Notes: generated by a model from the letters alone, not told the origin. DNA of 63,853 nt from Octopus bimaculoides (GCF_001194135.2 NC_068987.1:81408829-81472681), one strand, 5' to 3'. Counted from the first letter of the stretch, positions 1 through 13,385 are shown. A program made the numbers and translations.

Positions 1-38
1 CACTAATCTGTAGGCTAGTCAAACAAGGCTGGTATTTT

Positions 39-117
39 TATCCCTTTATCTTAGTGGTTTAGCCCAAGAGATCAACAGAGTTGATCTCTTGTGCTAAACC
101 ACTAAGATAAAGGGATA
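39..117. repeat. Near-perfect inverted repeat: 38-bp arms, 3-nt loop
   Basis: Left arm tatccctttatcttagtggtttagcccaagagatcaac (39-76), loop aga, right arm 80-117; one mismatch. The right arm is a degenerate internal segment of SINE family A. Confidence 0.92.
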
Positions 118-245
118 CAAACAAACCAACACCTGTTAAGCAGTGGGTTGGTCAAACACTAAGACATGATGTGTTTCCACCTGGCTTCCACTCTACCAAA
201 TTCACTCACTAGGCATTAATTGGCCCAGGGCTTTAATAGAGGACA
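80..245 (-). mobile_element. Degenerate SINE family A remnant
   Basis: Aligns by eye to the reverse complement of the family A copy at 15353-15770 (gctaaaccactaag..., accaaattcactcac..., agaggacact). Confidence 0.55.
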
Positions 246-440
246 CTACGTTTTGATCATCTTTTGATATCCTAGTTTCTTTGATTGTATGTATCACAGT
301 TTTCCGAATTTCCTTGATGTAATAAATTGTTGTCTTAAAAATGTTCATGAATTCTAATCATACACATTAACTAAGAGAATTGGATTTTTCATTTAATGAC
401 AAATTGAAAAAAAATACAAGTTCCGTAAACCTTTTTTCAG

Positions 441-526
441 GAGATTTAACAGAATCATTCAAATTCACTAATGAATATTCAAAATTTAAAGACAAATTCA
501 AACGTAATGTAAGAGAAGCTTGCTAA
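441..526 (+). CDS. Candidate coding exon, unidentified (xDLTESFKFTNEYSKFKDKFKRNVREAC*)
   Basis: Acceptor ccttttttcag|G at 440/441; open frame to TAA at 524-526; alternative donors at 504 (gtaatg) and 509 (gtaaga). No homology recognised. Confidence 0.22.
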
Positions 527-727
527 AATTATTCTTTGAAACAACAAATGCAAAAATAATCTGAATCTCTGTTTTTAGGTAAACCGTAACATTATTTGCT
601 GGTTTTGCATCATTATTCCTTGCAGAATTCTAATTCTTTATTCTCTTTTATCAAATATTGTTTTCTTGTCTCTTCTGCTCAGTGCTGGTTGTAAATCAAA
701 TCACCCACACACATAATATATTTACTT

Positions 728-732
728 GTGTG

Positions 733-786
<54 letters not shown>
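728..786. repeat. (TG)/(TA)n microsatellite
   Basis: Direct inspection. Confidence 0.95.
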
Positions 787-787
<1 letters not shown>

Positions 788-2616
788 TCCTGACAATTGG
801 TGTAATTAGAATTCTCATATCAACATTGGAGTTGCTGTCACTGAGATCTGAAATTACATTTTATTGTTATGGTGCATTACTAGTTATTAATATGATATTA
901 TTGGATCTTTCTTTTTTTTAATGAATATTATGCCATATTAAGTGAGAAACATACTGCAGGGAATCAAACACACAAAATACTCCACTGAATGCTAAAAACC
1001 ATTATTCTTAATGACAGTTGTAACAATCTGTATTTAGATTGATGATGTATATTAGTCATATGGAAATATTGCAAACCTTATTCAAGTGAATTAACTGCTT
1101 TCAAAATCATTGTAAGTGCTTTAAATGTAAAATAAATATAATCAGAAGCCTGACAATTATCTCTCAGAATAAGCTATGTGCCAACAATCTTTTTCACTTG
1201 TTTTAAGTTTCTTATCTAGGTTTTGAAAATATTTCAATGTGTAACTATAGCAATATCTATCTTTTCTCAGTATAAGGTTACACAAATAATCAGCTAACAT
1301 GGTAAATTTAATTCCCAGTCAATCAAGTCTGCAAATTGGTTTTGATTCCCTGTTATAGTTATTTCATAGTATTCATGGTGCTACGATGAACTGACATTTA
1401 ATTACTGCTATTTGAAATTCTTAAATGTCATGACTTCCAATTCTATCTTCTACTGCAGTCAGTCATACTGACAATCCATTTATGGATACATTTGATTATA
1501 AAAATTCAAGTAACTGATTCTATTTATTGAATTAGTGCAGAGTATAAATACATATTTATCTTCATACAAATGACAGCAATTCATGGCAGAAGAGATCAAA
1601 ATACTTCACTGCCTACTGGAATGAAAGAGACAACTTGCTGAGCAATTAGATATTAATCTGCATTATTTCTTTGAATTTCAATATGGATGTTATTGCACAT
1701 CTAAAATGGTGTCACATTTAAATTTTGCTTGGATCTAATGAAAGATAAACTGACTCATTCAATTAATATAGCAAGATAGTTAAATTTAACTTTCACTTTA
1801 TTAAAACACAAATAGAAATGACCAATATTATCATTATATCATTTAGTCATATCTATTAGTAATGTAACTTTTTAAAATAAATTTAAACATCCTTTTTATG
1901 ATAAGATATTCTTTGTTTAATTGCATGTATTATTCAATATTTGAATTTTCAATTTCATATCTCATCTTAAGATTCATATCCCTTCCATGAAAAGCTTTCA
2001 AAATTAGTAGCACAGACCACTTCTACTTTCAAAATTAGTTTACCAAAGAAATCAATAAATTACTAGATGCCTGCTGCCTCAAACTAAATACCGTAATAAT
2101 ATCTTAAAAAATAAAAAAAAAACAAATCTTGAATTTTATCGAAATTGTTGACATTAATATTTTTATTTCTTGGGTTTATTTTATATAAAAACTTTTAATG
2201 GACATATTAATTTTTTTCTTTCTTAGTTAATTAATTTGGGAATCACATATTCTCTGAAGAAACATTAGGAAAACCAGAAAATGGTTCACTCATGATCAGA
2301 CAAAAATACAGCTCACTTAATTTTTAGTAAAAGATGAAGATATCAACATGTCTTAAAATGCATTACTTCACTCTTTAAGTACTTACTTGCAGACAAAATC
2401 TGTTTATGCTGCTATCATAAATCTTTTAGACTTTATTTTCAGTCATCAACTTCACAGCCAAATGTTGGATGCTATATTAGCTTCTTGTGGCTTAATAGCA
2501 TATTCCATTAGCATTTATTTATTTAGTTTTTGGCTTAATTCACAATATTACTATTTTCATTTTAATTCTTAATTTATATATTGTTTTATCACCATAAATA
2601 TTATAATAAAACAATG

Positions 2617-2656
2617 TGTACGTATATGTGTATGTATATATGTGTTTATATATATG

Positions 2657-2689
<33 letters not shown>

Positions 2690-2922
2690 NNNNNNNNNNN
2701 NNNNNNNNNNNNNNNNNNNNNNNNNNNNNNNNNNNNNNNNNNNNNNNNNNNNNNNNNNNNNNNNNNNNNNNNNNNNNNNNNNNNNNNNNNNNNNNNNNNN
2801 NNNNNNNNNNNNNNNNNNNNNNNNNNNNNNNNNNNNNNNNNNNNNNNNNNNNNNNNNNNNNNNNNNNNNNNNNNNNNNNNNNNNNNNNNTATTTTATATA
2901 TATGTGGGTGTGTATGCATATG

Positions 2923-2967
<45 letters not shown>
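2617..2967. repeat. (TA)n - N gap (2690-2890) - (TG)n
   Basis: Direct inspection; source of several spurious YIYI/HTHT ORFs. Confidence 0.95.
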
Positions 2968-2974
<7 letters not shown>

Positions 2975-3103
2975 TTATGCTTGTTTATCTTAAACTTCAA
3001 TTAATTTGTCTTTTATTTAGTAGCTTTATTAACGTGGTTCTTGTGTTTTGAGCCATTTTAGTTTTTGATCACCCATGTTAACTGCCACTGTATATATATA
3101 TAC

Positions 3104-3143
<40 letters not shown>

Positions 3144-3539
3144 GAACCTTGTAAGATTAGCTCTATGGCTTCTTTGATTTGTATTCTGTATTACTGTCGT
3201 TACTTTTGAATGCTGAATTTAGGAATAGGTGTTTTTCTATGATGTTTTTTCTCTTAATTCTTCAGGTTTTATCTATGGCTTCTTTTTATCCCTCAAAGCA
3301 TGATTCGTTTGCTTTTTAAAGATTTTTGTAATTTGAGTTTGTTTCAGTCTGATATTTTTATATTGATTTTCTCTTATTATTTTGGATATGTTGAAGGAAT
3401 TTTTGGTGCCTGTGTATTTGCTCATTTAATACATTCTCTAAGAAGACATAATTGATAATTTATTGTTGTTCATTTTAATGACTTTCCTTATATTTGTTTA
3501 TTATAAACAATGACAATCTTCATCACTTCATGTACTTCT

Positions 3540-5270
3540 CCCTCCTGGTATGGTGGAGAAAAGTTAGGTGAGCATTTTCAGGTTTGGTAGACATCATGGT
3601 AGTTTATCAGTATAAAAACACTATAGTAGTCGTTATTGCTGTTATTGTGTTGCTCCAGGTGCTATGTGCAAAGGTATTCTAACCACGTCTTTCTCTTCTC
3701 TCTATATATCTGGGATTACCTTGTCCTATGTATCCTTCTTTATTTACATGGCAGGAGCTATTTAAGAGAGATTAGGCTGTTACTTTTTGCATGTAGAGGC
3801 TCCCTCATTAGCTTGTTATAGTAGTGGTTGATGATGTAGAGGAGAACATTCATTGTCTGTTGGTTAGTGGTAATAAGATGGTGAGTAATATTTTTCCTGT
3901 TTGAGAAATGACTTTTATTTTTGTGTGTGTATGTGTGGGGGTGGGTGCAGTTTTTGATGTTTGCTTGTGCAGCAGCTGTACCATTCCAAATATGTTAGCA
4001 GTATTTAATTTAGGGTGAACTTGGGTATTGTAAAGAATCAATATCTGATCAGTGCTGAAGATTTTCTAGTCCTAAAGAAAAAAAATTTTAGGTTTGAGTT
4101 ATAAATTTGTCAGTGTTTTAGATATGTCACCTGGCATTTACAAAAACTGTTGAGTTATTAAGCTTTAGGGTATTCAAAGACAAAGAAGGGGTGCACAGTG
4201 TGTATCTTGTTTTAACATATGTTGTGATAGTTTCATGGTTCAAGTGAACGAAACTAAATTGTGATGTCCCCATTGCAAGGGGTTTTCAAAGCTTGTATCC
4301 ATAGAAAGAAAAGGCATCTAGATTGCATATAAAAGATGACTGTAAGCAAAAGGCTATTGAGTAGTGAAGAGTGGTATCGTCTACGTAGGAATATGTGTGT
4401 CTATAAAATAAGATAAATTAATGTACAGAAGAAAGTGTGTGGTAGAAGTAACCAGATCTAAGGCAAACTCTCAATAGTCTAAAATATTTAAGAAGTTTCT
4501 ATTGAAAGAAATAATTACTGAATTTTCAATGGCTATACGTCTTTCTATGAGGAAAAGTTCTATTTTGAGTTTTCTCAAACATTTGAGCTGCTAATTCACT
4601 TTTCTCAAAAGATCTGAACTACGCAGACTTTTTCATCCTGGTCAATAATCTCTAGCTCTTTTTATTTTTGTTTTCTAATCTTAACATCAGCTGATGGATA
4701 GGTTTAAAATGACAAATTGCATTAGTAGATTTGAAAGGGATCTGACATGACAAAACAGGAGAGGAAGCATTATTAGCCCACATTAGTTGAATCTTTTGAA
4801 ATGTTGCAATTTGTATTATGGTCCATGACAAAAGAATTACAGATAACACTGATCAGTTGAATAAGATCTTTTCACGATACCTCAAAGCCTTGTTTGGTGT
4901 ACAAAGTATATTGTAAAAGAGCTTCAATCCTTATTTGAATGGCATCTACAGCTTGCTATAACTGAAACAGGAGGCGTGAGAAATTAGTTTTAGAGTTAAC
5001 AGAAAGTTAGGAATATTTTTAGACTTCCATTGAAGTTGTAGACATGTAGTTGCATGGAATATGTCAATTAAAGTTGGCAGTAACCATGATTTTTTTACTA
5101 TAAACAATTTTATTCCATTCTATAGTAAGGTTAGGTACATGTTTTCAGTTGCTTTTAACACGAACATAAAGTATTATTCAATCTTGATTATAATTTTGCA
5201 TTCATGTTACAATATGTTGTGTGAATTTCAAAATGATAGTATACCTGATAATTTTGTGTTATAAGATGTT
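3540..5270 (-). mobile_element. Heavily decayed non-LTR retrotransposon RT (CR1/L2-group)
   Basis: Minus strand reads ...THFLLYIN... then, after a frameshift, YSYVDDTTLH (YVDD at 4376-4387), and downstream ILYNTQVHPKLN, resembling the LYKxQVRPxLEY motif. Many stops and frameshifts; boundaries approximate. Confidence 0.7.
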
Positions 5271-5512
5271 CTTGAGCATTATGCAGAATGAATACATTTT
5301 ATTGTTTTCATTGATAAGAAAAAGCTAAATATGGTACTTAATGATATATATTTCCTGATGAAATGTATAATTGATAGTATCTTTCACATTATTTTGAATC
5401 TAACTTAAATTAAGCCTTAACTTACAAATTTTGGAAGATAAGAATTTATGGTAGTAATGATATGGATATATAAAGACTATATGAAAACATGTCTGAAGAT
5501 TGAGAGTGTTAA

Positions 5513-5649
5513 CTTAGGCTTGGGAACAGGGGCGCAGGAGGTGCAAGCACAACCCCTAAAATTTGGTGGAGAACAGCCAAAATGTTTTGAACATCCTCCT
5601 GAAAAACTTGGTTTGCACCCTCTAAGTAAATATCGTTCTTGTGCTTATG
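5513..5649. mobile_element. Short hAT-type MITE
   Basis: Degenerate TIRs (cttaggcttgggaac vs reverse complement cataagcacaagaac) and an 8-bp TSD agtgttaa (5505-5512) / agtgttca (5650-5657). Confidence 0.5.
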
Positions 5650-6339
5650 AGTGTTCAGAATGATTTTCTCTTAGAATAGGAAAAAATTTGATTCTACATT
5701 TTTATGTTAGCAAAGGATATGTATGGTTGTCTGAGTTAATCATGTAAAGTATGAGTACTTCTCAACAAACTCCATTTGAGCTTCATAGAAAACAAAACCT
5801 GCTCTGGAGTGAAGCAATTTTTTACCCTAGAAAGAAGAGTGGCATTCATAGATGACATTTTAGTAGAATTCAATGTTATATGATATATATTTTTTTAATG
5901 TCACTTAGTCCAGCCAGGATTTAACAAATTTTACCCAAGAATCAACAATTTTTTTCTCTTCATAAAGACTTGTCATGCTAGATACATCACCAAAGCAAGA
6001 CAACAAATAGCTTTCAAGTTAAACTTCCTTTATACCCCTCAGTTACCCACTTCTTGAATATATTAGGGGTAGTGAAATCTTAGTCTGCTATATTTTGAAA
6101 GAATGAAGTCATTTAGAACTAATTATTTTTCTTATGAAATATGCTTATCTTTTACTTGTTTCAGCCATTCTGGGGCACTGTCTTGTAAGGTTTTTGTCAA
6201 AACTCATGTTTTTATTTTATCGTCCTTTTTTTTCACCAAGCAACTAAGATGTGGGGATGCAAACAAACCAGCACCAGTTATCAAGGAGTGGTTGAGGATA
6301 TACACAAACAAACACACACATATCTATCTGTAAGGCCCA

Positions 6340-7211
6340 ATATTTGATGGTCGTGTCGTGTATGCACACTGGCATCACACATCCAGCAGAGCATATTAGC
6401 TTCATTCCTTGCAAGCCTATGCATGTCCTCAGTAGTCACAGCCCATATTTCACTGCCATGAAGCATGGCTGTTTGCACACAGGCATCATATAGTCTACCT
6501 TTTACTCTGAGCAAGAGACCCTTTGCTATCCGCAGAGGTAGTAGCTCTCTGAACGTTGCACAGCTTATTCTTATTCCAGCAGCTACACTCTCAGAGCATA
6601 CACCTCCACTACTGACTTGGTCACCTAGTTAATGGAAGTTATCAACTACTTCTAGTTTTTCCCTCTGGCATGTGATGGAATCTGTTTTCTGTACATCTTC
6701 AGTAGTTTTTGCACCTGTGCATCTGCCACACACAAAAACTATCTTCATAGTTAACCTTCCTTGGATATTGCTGCACATCTTATGGAGCTTCTACCTACAC
6801 CTTTTCTATAGATCAAGCAGTGCCATCTACCTGAAGGGATTTGTGATTTGTCTGCTTTACTACTTACTAAGACTTTGGTTTTTGCTAGATTGACTCTAAG
6901 ACTCTTCAATTATAGACCTTGCTTTGGTAGTGACTCAGCTATAAGAGCAAAGTCATCAGCAAAGAGGAGCTCTCAGGAGCAGCCTGTCTTGAATTCCTCT
7001 CTTATTGCCTGGAGGACTATAATGAATAAGAGGGGGCTGAGGACTGATCCTTGGTTAACACCTACTTTTACTCGGAATTCTTCACTATACTTATTGCCAA
7101 GCCTCACCTTACTGACAGCATCCCTGTACAGGACTTGTACAGCTCCCACCAGCCATTCATCTATCCCTAGTTTCTGTATTGACCACCATATAAAAGATCA
7201 GGGAACCCTGT
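6340..7211 (-). mobile_element. RTE-clade LINE RT fragment
   Basis: Minus strand gives GVNQGSVLSPLLFIIVLQAI...ELLFADDL (FADD at 6952-6963) and the C-terminal LRVKGRLYDACVQTAMLHGSEIWAVT (ORF 6281-6514). The + ORF 6848-7213 is its antisense. Confidence 0.9.
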
Positions 7212-7440
7212 GATACCTGTACTATATATGAAGTTGACTACTGAATGACATATATACTCATATCAACAGAGTTTACTCAAACTGTAGGCTATTTGAAGGT
7301 ATAAATTCATAAGAACAAATGAGTAGACTAAGTTAGTAATTTTGTTTAATATCTTAGTAGTAAGGTAAATCAATTAATAAAATTATACACCTATTGGGAA
7401 ACCACAAATTAGGAAAGTGAATTTCATATTAATGAATGAG

Positions 7441-7593
7441 TGATTGTGAGGTAAAAAGCTTGCTTCCCAACCTCTTGGTTTTGGGTTCAGTCCCACTGTA
7501 ACACCTTGGGCAAGTGTCTTCTACTATAACTTTGGGCTGCCAAAAACCGTGTATGTGGATTTGGTAGACAGAAACAGAAAAAAGTCCATTGTA

Positions 7594-7637
<44 letters not shown>

Positions 7638-7858
7638 AGTGTTTGTGTCTGTGTTTGTTGTCCATCACCATTTGACAACTGGTGTTGGTGTGTTAACATC
7701 CCCATAGCTTAGTCACTCAGTAAATGTAACCAGTAAAATAATACCAGGCTTAAAAAAAAAGTAATGGGGTTGATTCATTCAGCTAAAAAGATTCTTCAAG
7801 GCAGTGCCCTAGCTTGGCCACACTCTAATGAATGAAACAAGTGAAAAATAAAAGATAG
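7441..7858 (+). mobile_element. SINE family A, near full length, internal (TG)n
   Basis: tRNA-like head (ggttcagtcccactg), caccttgggcaagtgtcttctactata, central microsatellite, 3' end atgaaacaagtgaaaa; matches 15353-15770. Confidence 0.85.
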
Positions 7859-8147
7859 ATAATTTTAAAAACTATTGAAAACGTCTTCAGATATATTTAA
7901 AAATTGACAATTGATAATATATTTTGTAACTAGCCGATAATCACTTAATCAATCGCTTCTGACATTGAAACAGATTTCTCAATGTTTATTTAACTTTAGT
8001 GATTTATTTATTGTTTATTAATTTGCTCTGGAAGAAGGAACTGTGTCTGTGTCCTTTGAAACTAGTGGGAATGATGCTATTATGAACCTAGAATAAAAGT
8101 TTACATACTGATAAACAACTTTACTAGTTAATATTTTTCAGCTTTAA

Positions 8148-8360
8148 AGCAGCGAGCTGGCAGAAACATTAGCATGCCGGGTGAAATGCTTAGTGGTGTT
8201 TCATCTGACTTTACATTCTGAGTTCAAATTCCACCGAGGTCAACTTTGCCTTTCATCCTTTCGGGGTCAATAAATTAAGTACCAGTTGCGTACTGGGGTC
8301 GATCTAATTGACTGGCCCCTTCCCAAAACTTTTGGGCCTTGTGCCTGGAGTAGAAAAGAA
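8148..8360 (+). mobile_element. SINE family B (short), copy 1 of tandem pair
   Basis: gcagcgagctggcagaa...gagttcaaattcc...ctttgcctttcatcctttcggggtc...agtagaaaagaat. Confidence 0.85.
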
Positions 8361-8376
8361 TATTTTTCAGCCTTAA

Positions 8377-8572
8377 GGTGGCAAGCTCGCAGAAGTGTTA
8401 GCACACTGGGCAAAATGCTTAGCAGTATTTCGTCTGTCTTTACATTGAGTTCTAATTCCGCCAAGGTCGACTTTGCCTTTCATCCTTTCAGGGTCAATAA
8501 ATTAAGTACCATTTGTGTACTGGGGTCGATCTGATCGACTAGTCCGCCTTGTGCCTAGATTAGAAAAGAATA
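8377..8572 (+). mobile_element. SINE family B, copy 2 of tandem pair
   Basis: Same head, body and tail as 8148-8360, visibly diverged. Confidence 0.85.
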
Positions 8573-8591
8573 TGTTTCAGCCTTGAATTCT

Positions 8592-8820
8592 TTCTTTTAT
8601 TCTTTTACTTGTTTCAGTCATGCTGGAGCACTACCTTAAAGGGATTTTTAGTCAAAGAAATTAACCCCAGGACTTATTCGTTGTAAGCCTAGTACTTATT
8701 CTATTACACCCTTTTGCTGAACCACTAAGTTACAAGAATGTAAACACACCAACATCAGTTGTTAAGAGATGATTGGATGGGGGACAAATACAGACAAAAA
8801 GACACACACACAAATATATA
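8592..8820 (-). mobile_element. SINE family A, 3' half
   Basis: tcttttacttgtttcagtcatgctggagcac...gtaagcctagtacttattc...gtaaacacaccaac; runs into (TA)n and the N gap at 8878-9127. Confidence 0.85.
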
Positions 8821-8825
8821 TATAC

Positions 8826-8877
<52 letters not shown>

Positions 8878-9281
8878 NNNNNNNNNNNNNNNNNNNNNNN
8901 NNNNNNNNNNNNNNNNNNNNNNNNNNNNNNNNNNNNNNNNNNNNNNNNNNNNNNNNNNNNNNNNNNNNNNNNNNNNNNNNNNNNNNNNNNNNNNNNNNNN
9001 NNNNNNNNNNNNNNNNNNNNNNNNNNNNNNNNNNNNNNNNNNNNNNNNNNNNNNNNNNNNNNNNNNNNNNNNNNNNNNNNNNNNNNNNNNNNNNNNNNNN
9101 NNNNNNNNNNNNNNNNNNNNNNNNNNNCCACACTTAAGTGGCAATATACTACACTTTATCGTGCAGTTACTGTTAATACTTCATTTAGAGAATTAACATT
9201 GCTTATATATATATATATATGAATATATATACATGTATATATTTGTGTGTTTGTGTCTGTATTTGTCCTCACCACCATTTC

Positions 9282-9336
<55 letters not shown>

Positions 9337-9338
<2 letters not shown>

Positions 9339-9496
9339 GATGGGCTCCTTTCAGTTTCTGTCTACAATATCCACTCACAAGGCTTTGGTCGGCCCAAGAC
9401 TATAGTAGAAGACACTTGCCCAAGGTCCCTCCCAGTGGAACAGAACCCGGAATCATATGGTTGAGAAGTAAGCTTCTTACCATACAGCCACACCCA
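9337..9496 (-). mobile_element. SINE family A, 5' half
   Basis: ctttcagtttctgtctac...cactcacaaggctttggtcggccc...agaagacacttgcccaagg...cttaccatacagcc. Confidence 0.85.
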
Positions 9497-11574
9497 TAGA
9501 AATAGGTATAAAGTTACTGAAAATATTAACAGTATCCAATACCATCCAATACTACTATATTGTTTGTTTCCAGTGTTGTATTCCTGTAAACTTCAATTTT
9601 TTCATTTTTAAAAATTAATTTGACTGTTTTACATAATAATTTTGATTGAGCTACCTTTTCCAAAGGTTCCCTCACTTAGTGTTCCATTTACTTCAATGTT
9701 TTTCACCTACATGCATTAACTGCCTATACAAACACAGCTATTTCTTTTAGCTCTTCTACTCTTCACTGATATTTCAAACCGAATAAGCTTAATTTCAGGC
9801 TAAAGTCTACTACACATATTGCTTCTCTATCATCTACTCAACCCACTTCATTACTCGGTATGTCCTCATGCTCCCGCTAGATTATTTGCTTATTAGCAGC
9901 CTTGTGTCTTATGATAGGCCAAGTGCCTCTGCCAGAAATCAATATTAGTCCACTTAAGTCATCACCTTTCTTTTTCTCGAACTTTCAAGCTTGTATGGAT
10001 TACATCTTCATATACATATATTGGTTAACTAATCCTATTCATAGTAAAATTAATACTTGCAGTATATCAGTACATTTCTCAGACTATATTTCGTAATTTA
10101 TTCTGATACACTACTTTGCATTTCTGAATACTTAATTTTGTTCATGCTTTCAATGTAAGACATGAATTCTACTTCTCTGTTTCTTTTTCTCTCCACATTA
10201 ACCTTATACACTCTACAAATCTAACCTGCACATTATTTGTAATTTTATAATATTGAGGAGCACATTTTCTAGGCATTTGCTTAGACATCTATGTCACTTT
10301 TTCTTCAGAACAAAGTCTCATTTGGCTGGTATAATTGACTTATTTTCTGGAGTTGTATAATTTTGATTTCACTTGTCCAAGAGCTTACTGTTGTGGCTAT
10401 TTTTGTCTTATGCAAGAGAGAAGCTGTGTAATTGTTCCATTACATGTAATATCTGTTAAATGCTTCAGTGCTTCAGTGATATCTCTATTATGTATTAAGA
10501 TTTACTAAACAATTTGTTAGTAGCACATATTATCAATCAAAGTTGAAGATATTTGATCAAGGTATTTAAATTTTCCACTTTACACATTCTCTTCAAAAAC
10601 ATTAAAAAAATAGAATCGAAAACATAATCTTTTTCTTTCTCTGTTTCTCATCAGTTACGTTTGTTGGAGTTAAAATTGAATTTCTATAGATTTATAATCA
10701 CAAAATGATGTTCAGTTGGCTATATATGGGAAGCATGTGAAAAAATTTTATATTCATGAATTGTTTTACTCATGCACATTGACGGAAAGCACATTTCTAT
10801 AGATTCCTCGAATGCTAATTTTATGTAAGGTCATGTCTGCATTAAAAGCCAACTATTTCCTCATCATTATTTAGATTATTTGTTCTTTTATTAGAAATAG
10901 TACAACCAATGACTAGCTAGAAATCAATAAAGATGAAAATTAATTAATTAATAATGCTTTACACAGTGTATTTCGGATAATTCAAAATATAATGTAAGCT
11001 ATAACTGATTTTGATATATATTTTAGCATCACAGTGACTAGCAGACAAAGTAAACAAGCACCAGAGGCTTTTATATCTTTCCAGGAGTAGAAAAAGTGGG
11101 ATTGTTTAACTAGTTTCTAGTCTTATTAAACCTTCATCAGAGAAAGAATACCCACCTGCTGTCTATGAGAAGTTTACATGGTATTCAGAGTGTATGCAAA
11201 TTCAGAGACATTTAAACTGATCTGTCTAATTTACATAACAGTGCATGCACTGAAAATGTGGTTAATTAATTAATAACACACTTCAGAGCATTTTGGCATA
11301 ATTTTGAAATTTAATGTGAAGCATATCCTTTCCTTTATAAATATAACATGAGTATTCCATCTTTGTTGAACATCTAAGAAGATTGGAAATTAGTTAGATT
11401 AATTCTATTTGTTCTACCTAAGGAGAGATAAACATGGAAAAAAAATCCTGTAATGCTTACTTTTTACAATGTGGCTAAAATTGTATACTTATCAAAAGGG
11501 GTATATTTTACATTATATTTCAAATGAGCTGAAATCACTATATAATTCAATATTAATTAATTAACCATGAGTGA

Positions 11575-11910
11575 AGGTGCATGGCTCAGTGGTTAGAGTG
11601 TGAAGCTCACAATCATAAGGCAGTGAGCCTGATTCCTGGACTGGGCTGTGTGTTGTGTTCTTGAACAAGACACTTTATTTCACTTTGCTTCAGTTCACTC
11701 AGCTGTAGAAATGAGTTGCGATGTCACTGATGCCAAGCTGTATTGGTCTTTGCCTTTCCCTTGGTTAACATCAGTGGCATGGAAAGGGGCGGCTGGTATG
11801 CATGGACAACTGTTGGTCTTCCACAAACAACCTTGCCTGAACGTGTGCCTTGGAGGGTAACTTTCTAGGTACAATCCCAGGGTCATTCATTACCAAAGGG
11901 GGTCTTTACC
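11575..11910 (+). mobile_element. tRNA-derived SINE family D with 12-bp TSD
   Basis: A-box tggctcagtgg; body matches 55733-56070; TSD taattaaccatg at 11558-11569 and 11911-11922. Confidence 0.88.
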
Positions 11911-13385
11911 TAATTAACCATGCCAGCACATGTACAGTTATGCAAATTAAAACAATTATTTGTTCCTGGGTTTCTATAAACTATAAACAGCTACAAAGCT
12001 ACTTATCTTTTCATGAACAGAAGACAGTTATTCTTTTTCTGAAGAATGTCTAACAAGACTAGAAATTCATCTGATCGATCCCAGTTTTTCTGGCCTTAGA
12101 ATCATAAAAATATGTGCTTCAACCACTTTGTTTACTTTTCACAGAACATCTAAAATTGTATGTTTCGCAACATTCCACATTAAAGATGTTTGATGTAAAT
12201 CGTTAATGTGATTGTATAATTTGATGTCTTTCAATCTTAGTAGTGTCACTTTAAGAATCTAGCTTATTACTGCTTAATTTTCTCCTGAAACACTTATTGG
12301 AAGTGATTCTTTATGAGACTTTTACTACAACACTAAATGTATCATCTTGTCACTCAGCAATTAAGCATGTAAATCCAGCTAAAAGTGTTTCTTGTAGTAA
12401 CAATTGAAGATTCTGCACCATTAAGGTTTTCTATTCCACAAACCAACTATACATTTCTAATATAAGTGAAATTATCTTACACTTGTGATGACTTAATGAC
12501 ACACACCTGTCATATATTAATATAACCTATATCTCTTGAATTTTCTAGACAAGTAATTTAATCCAAGTAACTTTCAACAATTTTTGATAATTTAAATTAT
12601 TATATCTTATATAATTTTTGCATTATTCATTTGCCCTATTTTATAGAAGAAAGTCAATATTTTCTCAATGAACAGTAGAGAAGCAATTTTGTTAATTAAT
12701 ATCTGTTTATGTTAATTCATTTAAACATTCCCAAAGCTAGATCTTTAATTTTCTGATTTAGAAATTTATATTTTCTTTCAGCATTGCATATAACCTTCAG
12801 ATGAATGCATTATCTAATGTTTTTAGATCACATATTATCTTCAAATAGCTACTTCCTTTGAATACTTATATAATATTTAAAGTTATTCTGTAAATCATTG
12901 ACTTCTATGAAATATAGCATAACATATGTGACCTTCCTCTTCATAGAATACTGCAGTTTTTACAAATGTTCAAATACTGAGCTAATTAACCATAAGTTTC
13001 TAAATTTTAACATTTCTATTAATGCTATATTTATGATAAATTTATGATGCATATATTGATTCATTTCACCTCACAAATGTCTTCGGTAGCATTGAAATAC
13101 CAGTTAAACTGTTAGTCTCCAGTTTTAATTCAGACATTAGAATAGTAATTTAATGAATTCTACCTTTGTAGTCAAGTAACTCTGTCATCAAGTGAATCTT
13201 CTTTAGCTTAATAATACTAAAACTCTAAGTCTGTTTGTCTTTCCACAAATTTAGAGAAAACAGTAGAGTGTGGTAATAAATAAGTTCCAATTCATTTCTG
13301 GGCTTTGAAGAATTTTGTTATTATATCTGTAGACAAATGTAATTTTCAACCATTCATGAAATGGACACATTTATGAATGGTAGCA

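Noticed and set aside
786-853. Minus-strand exon candidate DLSDSNSNVDMRILITPIVRK
   Set aside because: Acceptor is plausible but no GT donor precedes the (TA)n tract.
2387-2572. Strong minus-strand donor (gtaagta) near 2386 and hydrophobic plus-strand ORF
   Set aside because: All upstream frames hit stops before a credible acceptor; the hydrophobicity reflects T-rich DNA.
2569-3051. Long ORFs such as 2581-3051, 8730-9222 and 13876-14284
   Set aside because: Translations of (TA)n/(CA)n microsatellites and N gaps (YIYI, HTHT, XXX).
6848-7213. 121-aa plus-strand ORF
   Set aside because: Antisense shadow of the RTE reverse transcriptase frame.
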